Positions 24,614-35,800 of a stretch of DNA of 46,925 bases are shown one piece after another. Positions within the stretch are counted from its first letter, which is position 1. Every line of letters begins with the position of its first letter. The position numbers and the translations under genes are program-made. The notes below the pieces were generated by a model. That model saw only the letters and a list, made by a program, of their open reading frames with translations. It was not told the DNA's origin and ran no database searches. Origin of the DNA: a virus (taxonomy: Duplodnaviria; Caudoviricetes); the IMG/VR virus record IMGVR_UViG_3300037311_000517, positions 1-46,925 of that record; one strand, 5' to 3'.

Positions 24614-26158
24614 ATGCCGACCTACGATCCGCTCGCGATCCTCGATCGCGCCAGCGCCAGTTCCGCACAGTGGTTGCAGCAACTCGACGAGGCTGCCGCG
24701 CGGCAGGCGGACGCCCGGCAGCGCGCCTTCACCTTCGGGCTGGCGAACGATCTCGCGTTCAACACGCATCAGACTTCACTCGACAAACTCAACGCCGGCA
24801 ATGTCTACGGCGCAAGCCGGGCAGAAGCTGACACCCGTCTGCTACCCGCCTACGAGACGCGGCAGGGTGCGCTGTGGCGCCTCGACACCGATCAGGCGCA
24901 GATGCAGGGCCGCTTGCTGCCGGCACAAGAAGCGATGCAAGGCTCGGCCTACCGCTTGGGAAACGAACAGAACCACCTCGCGCTCGACACGCTCGGTCGC
25001 GCCTGGACGCCGGACAACCAACGCGCGCGCGACGCGGCCGAGGACATGCGCTACCAGAACCCGGTCGCCGATGCGGCGGCGCGGGATGCGGCGGGGCGCC
25101 TCGCCGATCCGTTGCAATCGGCGCAGGCCGGACAGCGTGCGGCGGCGGCGTGGCCGGGCGCGCAGGGCGTCGCCGGCCAGTACGGCGCGCCCTACGCCAG
25201 CGGCCTCTATGCGGCCGCGAGTTCCGCCCTGCTCGCCGGCAACGTGGACACCGCCAATGCCCTGCTGCAACAAGCGCAACTGGGACAGGTCGCGAAGAAC
25301 GCGGCGGGGCAGATCACCTACACCGATGCGCAGGGTCACGCCTATCCGACGATGCCGGCGGCATCGGCCGCCGCGTTGCTGCAAACGCTCACGGCGCAAT
25401 CGCCGACCGCGTGGCAGCACTACACCGACGCCGCCACGCGCGGCAGTACGACGCTCACGCCCTCACAGGAGAGCCAGAAAACCGTCCTCGAACACCGGAT
25501 TCAGACGCTGGACAAGGCCATCGTCAACGCGCTCGACGACACCGAACGCGCCTCGCTGCAACAGCAGCGCGACGATGCGACGCGCGCGCTCGGGGCGTTG
25601 TTCGGCGGGGTTGTGCCTACCGCACCGGCCGGCGCGTTCGATGCGCTGGGATTCGGCGCGCGCGTGGAGGATGCCCCGGCGGCCTCGCCGTCCACGGCAT
25701 CGCCCCAGCGCCGTCCCGCGAACCCGGCCCCGGTCGCCGCGCCCGCCGTCGCGCGTGCAGGCAGCGATGTCGAGATCGACCCGGCGATCGGCACGATCAA
25801 GCGCCCGCGCGAACAGCCGCGCACCGCCGATGCGCTGGAGACTTATCGCGACGCGGCGCAGCGGTGGCGCGATGCGGAGCGCAAGCTCAAGGAAGCGCAG
25901 CAGTCGCAGGAACGCTATCAAAGCACGGGCCGGGGCGTCGATCGACGCATCGCGGTCGAACGCTATACGCAGGCGGAAGCGCAGGCGCGGCGCGCGTTGC
26001 TCGATGCGCGCACCGTCTACCAGCGGGCGCAGCAGGAAGACGACACCGAACGGCAGCGGCGGACGGCACGTCCGGCCGTGCCGCAGACCACGACCGCCTA
26101 CGGCATCACCCTGCCGTCGTATGGCGCCGAACCGTATGAGGGGCCGTACCGGCCATGA
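24614..26158 (+). CDS. Internal virion / DNA ejection protein
   Basis: Start MPTYDPL after ACGGA; Ala/Gln-rich coiled coils; ATGA overlap with the next gene. Confidence 0.7.
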   Translation: MPTYDPLAILDRASASSAQWLQQLDEAAARQADARQRAFTFGLANDLAFNTHQTSLDKLNAGNVYGASRAEADTRLLPAYETRQGALWRLDTDQAQMQGRLLPAQEAMQGSAYRLGNEQNHLALDTLGRAWTPDNQRARDAAEDMRYQNPVADAAARDAAGRLADPLQSAQAGQRAAAAWPGAQGVAGQYGAPYASGLYAAASSALLAGNVDTANALLQQAQLGQVAKNAAGQITYTDAQGHAYPTMPAASAAALLQTLTAQSPTAWQHYTDAATRGSTTLTPSQESQKTVLEHRIQTLDKAIVNALDDTERASLQQQRDDATRALGALFGGVVPTAPAGAFDALGFGARVEDAPAASPSTASPQRRPANPAPVAAPAVARAGSDVEIDPAIGTIKRPREQPRTADALETYRDAAQRWRDAERKLKEAQQSQERYQSTGRGVDRRIAVERYTQAEAQARRALLDARTVYQRAQQEDDTERQRRTARPAVPQTTTAYGITLPSYGAEPYEGPYRP

Positions 26159-26898
26159 CGGACGCCGCTTACGATGCGTTCCGCAACCGCCTGGAGTCCG
26201 GCGGCGACGACAACGCCCACAACCCGCGTTCCGGCGCGCTGGGCAAGCATCAGTTCCTGGCTTCGACCTGGCTCGGGTTGGTGCGTCGTCATCAGCCCGC
26301 CTGGGCGCAGGGACTATCGAACGCGCAGATCCTCGATGCGCGCCGCGATGGTGCGCGATCGGATCAGATGGTCGCGCTCTACGATCAGGAGAGTGCGCAG
26401 CAGTTGGCCCGCGCCGGCTATGCCGCGACGCCCGGCAATCTGTATCTGGCGCACCATTTCGGGGCAGCAGGCGCGCAGAAGATTCTCGGCGCGAGCGACG
26501 ATACCCCGATGCAATCGCTGGTCACGCGCGCGGCGTACCGCGCCAATCCGCACTTGCACGGCAAGACCAAGGCGCAGGTCATGGCGGATTTCGTGCGGCG
26601 CGGCGGCGGGGCGGCGGCATTGTCTGCCGCGACGCCCGCGCGGACGACGGCATACACACCGTTTGCGCCTGCGGCGCAGACACCGCAATCCGTCACGGCG
26701 CCGGCTTGGCGTCCGGCATCGCTTCCCGCGCCGTCGCCATCACCGCCGCAGGCGGCCTACACCCTGCCGGGTCCGGCACCGATGCCGGAGGCGCGGGCAC
26801 CCGCGCCCGACTCCATGGCGATCGATCCGGCCGCGCCGTCGCCTGACGCTGCGCCTGAACCGACCCCACTCGAAACGCTACTGAGGATGCTGCGGTAA
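26155..26898 (+). CDS. Virion-associated lytic transglycosylase / lysozyme-like protein
   Basis: LESGG...A.NP.S.A.G..QF...TW and LYLAHHFG..GA motifs; Pro-rich tail; TAATG-coupled to the giant gene. Confidence 0.85.
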   Translation: MTDAAYDAFRNRLESGGDDNAHNPRSGALGKHQFLASTWLGLVRRHQPAWAQGLSNAQILDARRDGARSDQMVALYDQESAQQLARAGYAATPGNLYLAHHFGAAGAQKILGASDDTPMQSLVTRAAYRANPHLHGKTKAQVMADFVRRGGGAAALSAATPARTTAYTPFAPAAQTPQSVTAPAWRPASLPAPSPSPPQAAYTLPGPAPMPEARAPAPDSMAIDPAAPSPDAAPEPTPLETLLRMLR

Positions 26899-29800
26899 TG
26901 GCGACCGATCCCTACAACCCGCTCGCGCCGCGCGCGTGGAATCCGAACGTCCCCGACTGGATGAACGTGGCCTACGGCGCGCACCCGCCGCAGGCACCGG
27001 CCTTCACCCCGGAGGTGATCGACGTTTATCACTGGGGCAATGTGCGTGCGCGCAGCGGTTACGACACCGCGCCACCCGAGCGTCAGCGTGCGATCCGCGA
27101 CGAGTACGCGAACACCGCCCTGCCCGAAGTCGCGCGCCTGACCGGCGCCGATCTGGCACAGATGCAGGCTGCCTTTCGGGCGAACAACCCCGAGGCAACA
27201 GCCGCGACGCCGCCGGCCAGCGACGATGGGGATTTCGTGCGCGGCGTGAAAAGCTACTGGCCGGGCACCAAGGCATCGGTCTACGGCCTGGGCGCACTGG
27301 CGGCCGATCTGGTCGGCGCAGATGATACGGCCCGCGATTGGGCGCAGCGCGCGCAGGCACTGAATCAGGAAATGGGAGCGACCGCCCGGCCCACCGACAG
27401 CCTGAGCGGTGCATGGGGCAGCGGCGATGGCGTGCTGGGCACAACCGGAAACCTGCTGGACTGGGCGCAGTACACCATCGGCCAGATGCTGCCGAGTGTC
27501 GCCGAATCGCTGGTCACGGCGGCGGCGGGTGCGGCGGCCGGTTCGGAAGTGCCGGTCCTTGGCAACATCGCGGGCGCGGTCGCCGGCCTACTCGGCAAAA
27601 CTGCGATCAAGAAGGAATTGCGTGAGCGCACGGCCGCGCTGGTCGCCGAACACGCGGCGAAGCGCATCGCTGCCGGCACGGCGGAAGACATCGCCAAGCG
27701 CGAAGCCGCTGACCTGGGCCAGCAATTCCTCACGCGCACGTTGCAACGCGAGATCGGCAGCGTCGGCGCGCTCGCGACCGGCGCGACTGCGCGCGGTCTC
27801 GGCGACACCTACAACGCGGCTTACGATCAGGCGCAGCAAACCGGCGAAGACATCGACCTGACGCGCGTACTGGCGGGCGGTGCAGTCTACGGTGCCGCCG
27901 AAACCTTCGGCGACAAGGTGCTGGCCGATACCTTGCTCAAGGGCGTCGGCGGCACGGGCGGCCTCACGCGCCGGATGGCGAGCGGCTTCGGCAAGAACGC
28001 GCTGACCGAAGGCACGACCGAAGCAGTGCAGCAGGCCGCGCAGCGATTCGGTGCGGCGCAGTCCCTGACCGATGGCGAGGCGTTGACCGAGTACCTGGAC
28101 AGTTTCGCGGCCGGCGCGATCGGTGGCGGCGTCTATGGCGCGCTCGGGGGTGTCCCGAACCGACCGGCGCCGAATCCGCCGCCCGTTCCGCCTGTTCCGC
28201 CGGGCTTGCCGGCACCGGATGGGCGCCCCGGTTACGGCACGGTCGATCCACGCGCGCCTGTTGTCGTGACGCCGGAGGGCGTGGCATCGACGCCTTCGCA
28301 ACAGAACGCGCAGCGCGCCGCCGATCTGCGGCAGGCGCGTGAACTGGATCGAACGGGACTGACGCCGGATGTGCGGGCAGCCGTGCGCGACCATGCGCTG
28401 CGCACGCCCGCAGCGGGTGCGGCGTCGAGCGCAGGCAGCGGGTCGCCTGCCGCGCCTCCCTCCGCGACCGTGCCGGCCGGGATCGACCCGGACACCGGAG
28501 AACTGCTCAACCCGCCGCCGGCTCCCGACACGGTGATGACGGCGATTCACGATTTTCTGAACGATTGGCAGGGCGAAAAAGCCCCCACGCGCGGCGATGT
28601 GCGCCGCTTCGTGGAAACGACGTATCCCGGCCTGTCCGCCGCGCGCATGAATCCGCTGATCGACCGTGTGCGCGAGCAACGCAAGGCGCAGGCGCCGTCA
28701 GTGATGGACAGCATCGACCTCCCCAGGGTCCAGGTGGGGGCGAACCCGGAGCACTGGACGAACCAGAATGCGCAGGCGGCACGCGATCAAGCAGATCGCA
28801 TGGGCATCAGCGACACGATGGAAGCGTTGTTCGCAACCGGCCTAACGGCGAAGGAAGTCGGGCTTCGTCTGGAAGACAGGTTGGCGACGATACCGAAGGA
28901 GGAGCGAGCGTCATTTGTTGTTATGGTACGGGCGACGTTGGGGATTCCTTCGCGCATGACGTTGGAAGGCCAGCAGGAATTTGATGCTTGGCTGGCGCAA
29001 CGCGATGCACGCATGCGGACGCAGACCGCCCAGGCGCAGCGGGTGGCAGCGCAGGTCGATTCGATCGACGCCGATGCGGCGGCGATGGAGGCGGAGCGCC
29101 GTCATCGCGAACGCGAGGCACCGACCGCGACCACCACGCCCCAGACCGACCTCTCGGCGGCGTCGGCGCGCACATCGGCGACGACGATGCCGGTCGCATC
29201 CGCGACCGACGACACCACAGGGCCGTTGGACCGTTCTGCGTTGCGCGGCCTGTTCGTCGAAACGATGCGCAAGAAGCGACCGGACATGACCGACTCGGAG
29301 CGTGCGTTCTACGATCAAGCGACGGACGAGTTGATCGACTGGATCGAGCGCCGGGACGCGCGCGCCTTGGTGTCGCGCAACTTGGGCGACGCGAAGATGA
29401 ATCCCGCGAGCCGCGCGGTGTTCACGGCCGCGACTGGCGTCCCATTGCCGCGCGGGCGGGCGGCTTCGGAGGACGCGATCTACCGCTGGGCTGGCACCGA
29501 TCGCGCGACGGAGCAGGCGCAGGATGCCGCGCGTCGCGCGCAGCGTGAGGCCGACCGGCGCGCCCCTGTGGAGGTGTTCCCCGATTTCGCCACCTTTGCC
29601 GAAGCGCGCCAGTGGCAGGAGGAACGTGCGCGCGTCTTCGGTGGATTGCAGAACTATCGCGTCACCGAGGAATACGGCCGGCTGTTCCCGATCCTGAAAC
29701 GCTTGGCCGATGCCTCGAACGAGGGCCATCGTGGGCGTCGGATGCAGGCACTGGCGACAGCGGGCCTTGCGATCGGCGACCGCGTGGAGGCGACTTCGCG

Positions 29801-32800
29801 CGACCTGATACGCGATGCGGCGCAGACGGCGCGCGGCACGCTCTACGCCAAATCCGGCTTCCCTTGGGTGCGGTTGGAGGCAGGCACCACGATCACGGTC
29901 AACCACAAAGGCAAGATCGAGCATCGCCGCGAAGTGCCGTGGTCGGAGCGGTGGACCAAGGTCGAACCGTCCCCCGCGTCGAGCGAGGCCGAGAACACCG
30001 CTGCGGACACAAGCGCATCGTCTTCGACGCCGAAGGCGTCCGAGGCGGTGGATGCCCCGCAGGCACCGACGAACAACGATGCGATCCTGATGGACTTCGT
30101 GGACGCCCTGGTCGCACAGGTGCGCTCCGGGCAGTCGGGGCGGGTGGACTTTCCGGCAACCTTCGGACACGTCATCGAGGTGGAGGACGCGATGCGGGCC
30201 ATGCGCTCGGCGTTCGAGCGGGCCGGCGCCACCAACAGCGGCGGCCGGTTCGGCGCCCGCTACGCGGTCGATGGCGGCCTCATCACCCTGTCGAACAGCA
30301 GCTACCGCCTGTGGGCGGATGTCGCGACCGATGCCTCCCGACCGCTTCCCACCCGTGGGACGGAGGCGCACACTGGAACGACGCCCGCGCAGGCCATGCC
30401 ACCCGAAACGGCGAGCGCCGAGAACGAGGAGGACACCCCCGATGCAACATCTGGTCAATCCGAACGCCTATCCGCCCGAGGTGCGCGAGCAACTGCTGGC
30501 GATGTCGTCGCAGACCGCGCGCGAGATCGCGAACCGCTGGATGCTGGGTTGGCCCAAACGGGTGCAGCGGCTGATCGCGGAGAACTACTATCTGGAGGCG
30601 TTGGCGGACCAGACCGAGCAGGAAACGCGGGCGAAGATGGACACCAGCCTGAACCATCTGTCGAGTTGGGAGAAGGCGCAGGTCTGGGAACTGTCGCTGG
30701 CGCCACCGATCTGGGATTACGAGGAGGAGGCCGTCAACGTCGTGGGCGACGAGGACGAGTAACCCAAGAGGCCGCAGCGATCGACGATCCTGCGGCCTCT
30801 TCCGTCGAGGCCGACACCGCATCGCCGCAGGCCGAGCCTGCGGCGATGCCAGAGGCGGAGGTCGCGGCCGGACAGGCCGATGACGGTATGCCGGCCGAAG
30901 GGTTGGCGGACGATCTGGGCAAGGGCGGACTCGCGCGCAAGGCCCGCGACAATCTCGCCGCGATCCGTATCGTCAAGACGCTCGATGCTGAAAACCGTGT
31001 GGCGACGCCGGAGGAACGCCGGCAACTGGCCCGCTACGTCGGCTGGGGTGCGCTCAAGGTCGTGTTCGATCCGGCCAATGCGCAGTGGGCGAAAGTCCGC
31101 ACCGAACTGCAAGGATTGCTCTCCGATGCCGAATGGCGCGCGGCGCGCGCCTCGACGCTCAACGCGCACTACACCAGCAAGACGGTCATCGACGGCATGT
31201 ACGCCGGCCTTGCGCGCCTGGGCGTCACGGGCGGGCGCATTCTGGAACCGGCGGTCGGCATCGGCCACTTCTTCGGCGGGATGCCCGCGAAGCTGCGCCA
31301 TGCCTCCGACCTGTTCGGCATCGAACTCGATCCGCTGACGCAACGCATCGCCGCCGCGTTGTACCCGAAGGCGAACATCCGCCAGAGCGGGTTTCAGGAC
31401 GTGGCGATCCTGGGCGAATTCTTCGATGTGGCGATCGGCAATCCGCCGTTCGGCAGCGAACCCATCGTTGATCCCGAACGCAGCGCGTATTCGGGATTCA
31501 GCATCCACAACTACTTTTTCGCCAAGTCCATCGACAAGCTGCGGCCGGGCGGCGTGTTGATGATGGTCGTCTCGCGCCAATTCCTCGACGCCAAAGACAG
31601 CCGGGCGCGGCAGTGGATCGCGGAACGCGCCGACCTGATCGCGGCGGTACGTCTGCCCCGAACCGCGTTCGCGGAGAACGCGGGCACCGAAGTCGTCACC
31701 GACATCATCGTCCTGCAAAAACGTGCTGCCGAGGCCGAGCCGCAAACGGATGAGCAGATTCAAGTGGCCTTGCGCTGGGTGCAGACGGCCGAACAGCGGT
31801 TGGAACATCCCGCGACCGGCGAGGCGATGACGTTCCGCGTGAATCCCTATTTCTTGGATCACCCCGATCATGTCCTGGGCACGCCCTCGGCCAGCGGTTC
31901 GATGTATCGGGCAAACGAGTACACCGTCGAGCCGTCCGGCGAGTTGGGGGCGCAGTTGCGGGCGTGGGCCGAGCGATTGCCCGAAGGCCGCTACACGCCG
32001 ATCGAGCGCACGGAGGCGATGACCGACACCGAAGTGCCCGAAGGCACGAAGGTCGGCGCCTACTTCGTGGCCGACGATGGCGGCATCCATGTTCGCAGCG
32101 AAGATCGCATGGGTACGGCGAAAGCAGTGCCGTGGACGGCGCCGGGCGCGACCGCCGAGGCACGCATGCGCGGCATGATCGAGTTGCGCAACGTCCTGCG
32201 CCAGCAAATGCGTTTGGAGCGTTCGCCAGAGGCGACGACGAAGCAGATCGAGACCAATCGGCGCACGCTCAACGACCGCTATGACGCTTTCCTCAAGCGG
32301 TACGGACATCTCAACGCCTCGCGCACCAATCGCAGTTTGTTTTTCGACGACCCCGATGCGAGCCTGCTGCTGGCGCTGGAGTTCGACTACGACGCGGGCA
32401 TCAGCGAGGCCGTCGCCAAGCGCGAGGGTGTGGCGACGCGCGCACCGAAGGCGACCAAAGCCGACATCTTCCAGCGCCGCGTGCTGTTCCCGCCGTCGGA
32501 TGATGTGACCGTCACGAGCGCCCGCGACGCGCTGGTCGCGAGTCTCAACTATCGGGGCCGACTCGATCCGGCGTACATGACCGAGATTTACGGAAAGGAT
32601 CGCGCCGCGATCGTGGATGAACTGGGGGCGCTGGTGTTCGAGACGCCCGAGGGGGCGCTGGCGACCGCTGATGACTATCTCTCGGGCGATGTGAAAACCA
32701 AGCTCGCGGAAGCGAAGGACGCCGCCAAGCGCGACCCGCGCTTTGCGCGCAACGTCGAGGCGCTGACCAAGATCATTCCGCGCGACAAGACCCCCAGCGA

Positions 32801-35800
32801 AATCACCATCGCGCTCGGCGCGCCGTTCCTGCCAGTGGAGGATCTGCGTGCGTTCCACCGCGAGATCACGGGCGCCGACGCGAACATGACCTATTCGCGC
32901 GGTTCGGGCCTGTGGTTCGTCCGCGTGGTCGGTGAGCCGGACCCGGTGCTCAATACCGCCACCTGGGGCACGAAGGACATGGAGGCGACGGACATTTTCC
33001 AGGCTACGCTGGTTGGGCGTGCGGTGGTCGTGACGAAGACCTACCGACGCGGCGATGGCAGCATGCAAACGGTCGTTCTTGAAGCCGAAACCGAACAGGC
33101 GCGTGAGAAGCAGAACGCGCTGCGCGTCGAGTGGCGCGCATGGGTCTGGCGCGACCCGGAGCGCGCTGAACGCCTGCTCGCGCTCTACAACGAGAAGATG
33201 AATCGCACGGTCGAACGGCGATTCGATGGCCGTCATCTCACGTTGCCGGGCATGAGTCCGGGTTTGACCTTGTTGCAGCATCAGCAGAACGGCGTGTGGC
33301 GCGGATTGCAATCGCGGCAACTGCTGCTCGATCACGTCGTCGGCGCCGGCAAGACCTTCCAGATGGTCGCGATCGCGATGGAGATGCGCCGTCTGGGCAT
33401 CGCACGAAAGCCGCTGTTCGCGGTCCCCAATCACCTGACGGTGCAGTGGCGCACCGAGTTCGCGCGCCTGTATCCCGGCGCGGTCGTGTTGGCGGCGGAG
33501 CCGGACGACTTCACGCGCGAAAACCGCAAGAAGCTGTTTTCGCGGATCGTGACCGGGGACTGGGATGCGGTCATCGTCGGTCATTCGTCGCTGAAGAAAA
33601 TCGGACTGCCGGAGGAGACCGAGACGCGCATCCTTCAGGAACAGGTCGATGAAATCGCCGGCCTGATCGAAGCGATGAAACGCGAGCGTGGCGACAAGGG
33701 CATCGTGCGCGAGATGGAGGGCATCCGCGTTCGCCTGCTGTCGAAGATCAAGAGCAAGCAGGCCGCCATCGGTCAGCGCGACGATGTGCTGACCTTCGAC
33801 GAACTGGGCGTCGATGCGCTGTTCGTGGACGAATTGCACGAGTTCAAGAACCTGTTTTACACCACGGCGATGTCGCGTGTCCCCGGCATGGGTAATCCGA
33901 ACGGTTCCGACCGCGCGTTCGATCTGTTCGTGAAAACGCAGTGGTTGTTCGAGACCTTCGGCGACAAGGCGCCGATCGTCACCGCGACCGGCACCCCGGT
34001 CAGCAATTCGCTGGTGGAGATGTTCAACCTCCAGCGGTACATGCAGTACCCGACGTTGAAGCGGCAGGATTTGCACGTCTTCGACGCCTGGGCGCGCCAG
34101 TACGGCAGCATCGAGAACGTCTACGAGGTCGCGCCCTCGGGCGCAGGATTCCGCGCCTCGACGCGGTTCGCGAAATTCCAGAACCTGCCGTCGCTGATGG
34201 CGGGCTACCGCGCGTTCGCCGATGTCGTGACCCTGGACGATCTGAAGGCGCAGGAAGCCGCGCAGGGCAAACGCTTCCCGGTGCCGAAGCTGCTCGGCGG
34301 CAAACCGCAGATCGTGGTGGCCGAGCGGTCTCCGCTGGTCTCGGAGTTCATGGGCGTGCCGCATCTGGCCCGAAGCAAGGCCGGTGGCGTCGAGTTCGGG
34401 TTCAATCCGGGGGCGGGCGAAACGACGACGATCACGACGCAGGAGGACGGGCGCTTCAAGGTCGAGGTCGAAGGCGGGCCGTATGTCCGTTCCCTCGGTG
34501 TGTATCCCACCCGCGAAGAGGCGGACATGGCCGTGGTCGAGGCGGCGTTGACGCCGAAGATCGACCTGAACCCAGCGTCGATTCTGGGGCGGTTTGCGCG
34601 CATCCGCGAATTGACGCGGGAGACCAAGGGCAAGGTCAATGCGCTGTCCTTGACCGGGCAGGCCAATAAGGCGGGCTTGGACTATCGGTTGATCGACCCG
34701 ACCGCACCGGATTTTCCGGGGTCGAAAATCAACTTGTCGATTGAACGCATGCTCGCGTTGTATCGGCAGTGGGACGCCGAGAAGGGGACGCAGTTGGTGT
34801 TCTGCGACCTGTCGGTGCCCAATACGGCGCGTAAGTCGGCAGCAACCAAAGCGCAGCGCGTCTATGTGCGTGACGACGATGGGAGCGTGATCCACGCCCG
34901 AGGCACAGCGCATACCGTCGCGGACGTAGAGGAATTGCCGTTCCTGCTCATCGAGCGCAAACGCAAGGGGCAGGCGAGCGTCGCCGTCTACGATGCCGCC
35001 ACCGGGCGCCTTCGCTCGGATGGCCACGGCAGTCGGGAGAGCGCGCTGTTCTGGGCGCAGCAGGCACTGCGTTCGGATGACGGACGGCAACGCTGGCTGG
35101 CGCAGCGCGAAGCGGAACGCGAGGCCGGACAGGAGTTGAGTCAGGCCGAGATCGACGACTACAACGACGCCAACGCCATCGACACAGAAGCCAGCGCGTC
35201 GCTGGACTTGCAGGACATCGCGGCCCTGAGCGCGGCGGCGAGCTTCAGCGTCTACGACGATCTGCGCACCAAGCTCATCGCCGGGGGCGTGCCGGCGGAG
35301 GAAATCGCCTTCATCCACGACTACGGGAACCCCGATGCCAAGGCCAAGCTGTTCAAGCGCGTGAATCTGGGCGAAGTGCGGTTCCTGTTCGGCTCGACGC
35401 CGAAGATCGGCGCGGGCACGAATGTGCAGCAACGTATCGTCGGTCTGCATCACATCGACGCGCCGTGGAAGCCGAGCGATCTGGAACAGCGTGAAGGTCG
35501 CGCGATCCGGCGCGGCAACCAACTCTACGAGCGCGACCCGGACGGCTTCGAGGTCGCGATCTACCGTTACGCGACCCGCCAGACCTACGATACCCGGCGC
35601 TGGCAGTTGCTCGAACACAAGGCGCGCGGCATCGAGCAGTTGCGCAAGTACGACGGCCAGCAGACCGAGATCGAGGACATCGACGGCGAAGCGGCGAACG
35701 CGGCCGAAATGAAGGCCGCCGCGTCGGGTGATCCGCTGATCCTGCGCGAGACGCAGTTGCGCAATGAAGTCCGGCGACTGGAACAGTTGGAATTGGCGCA

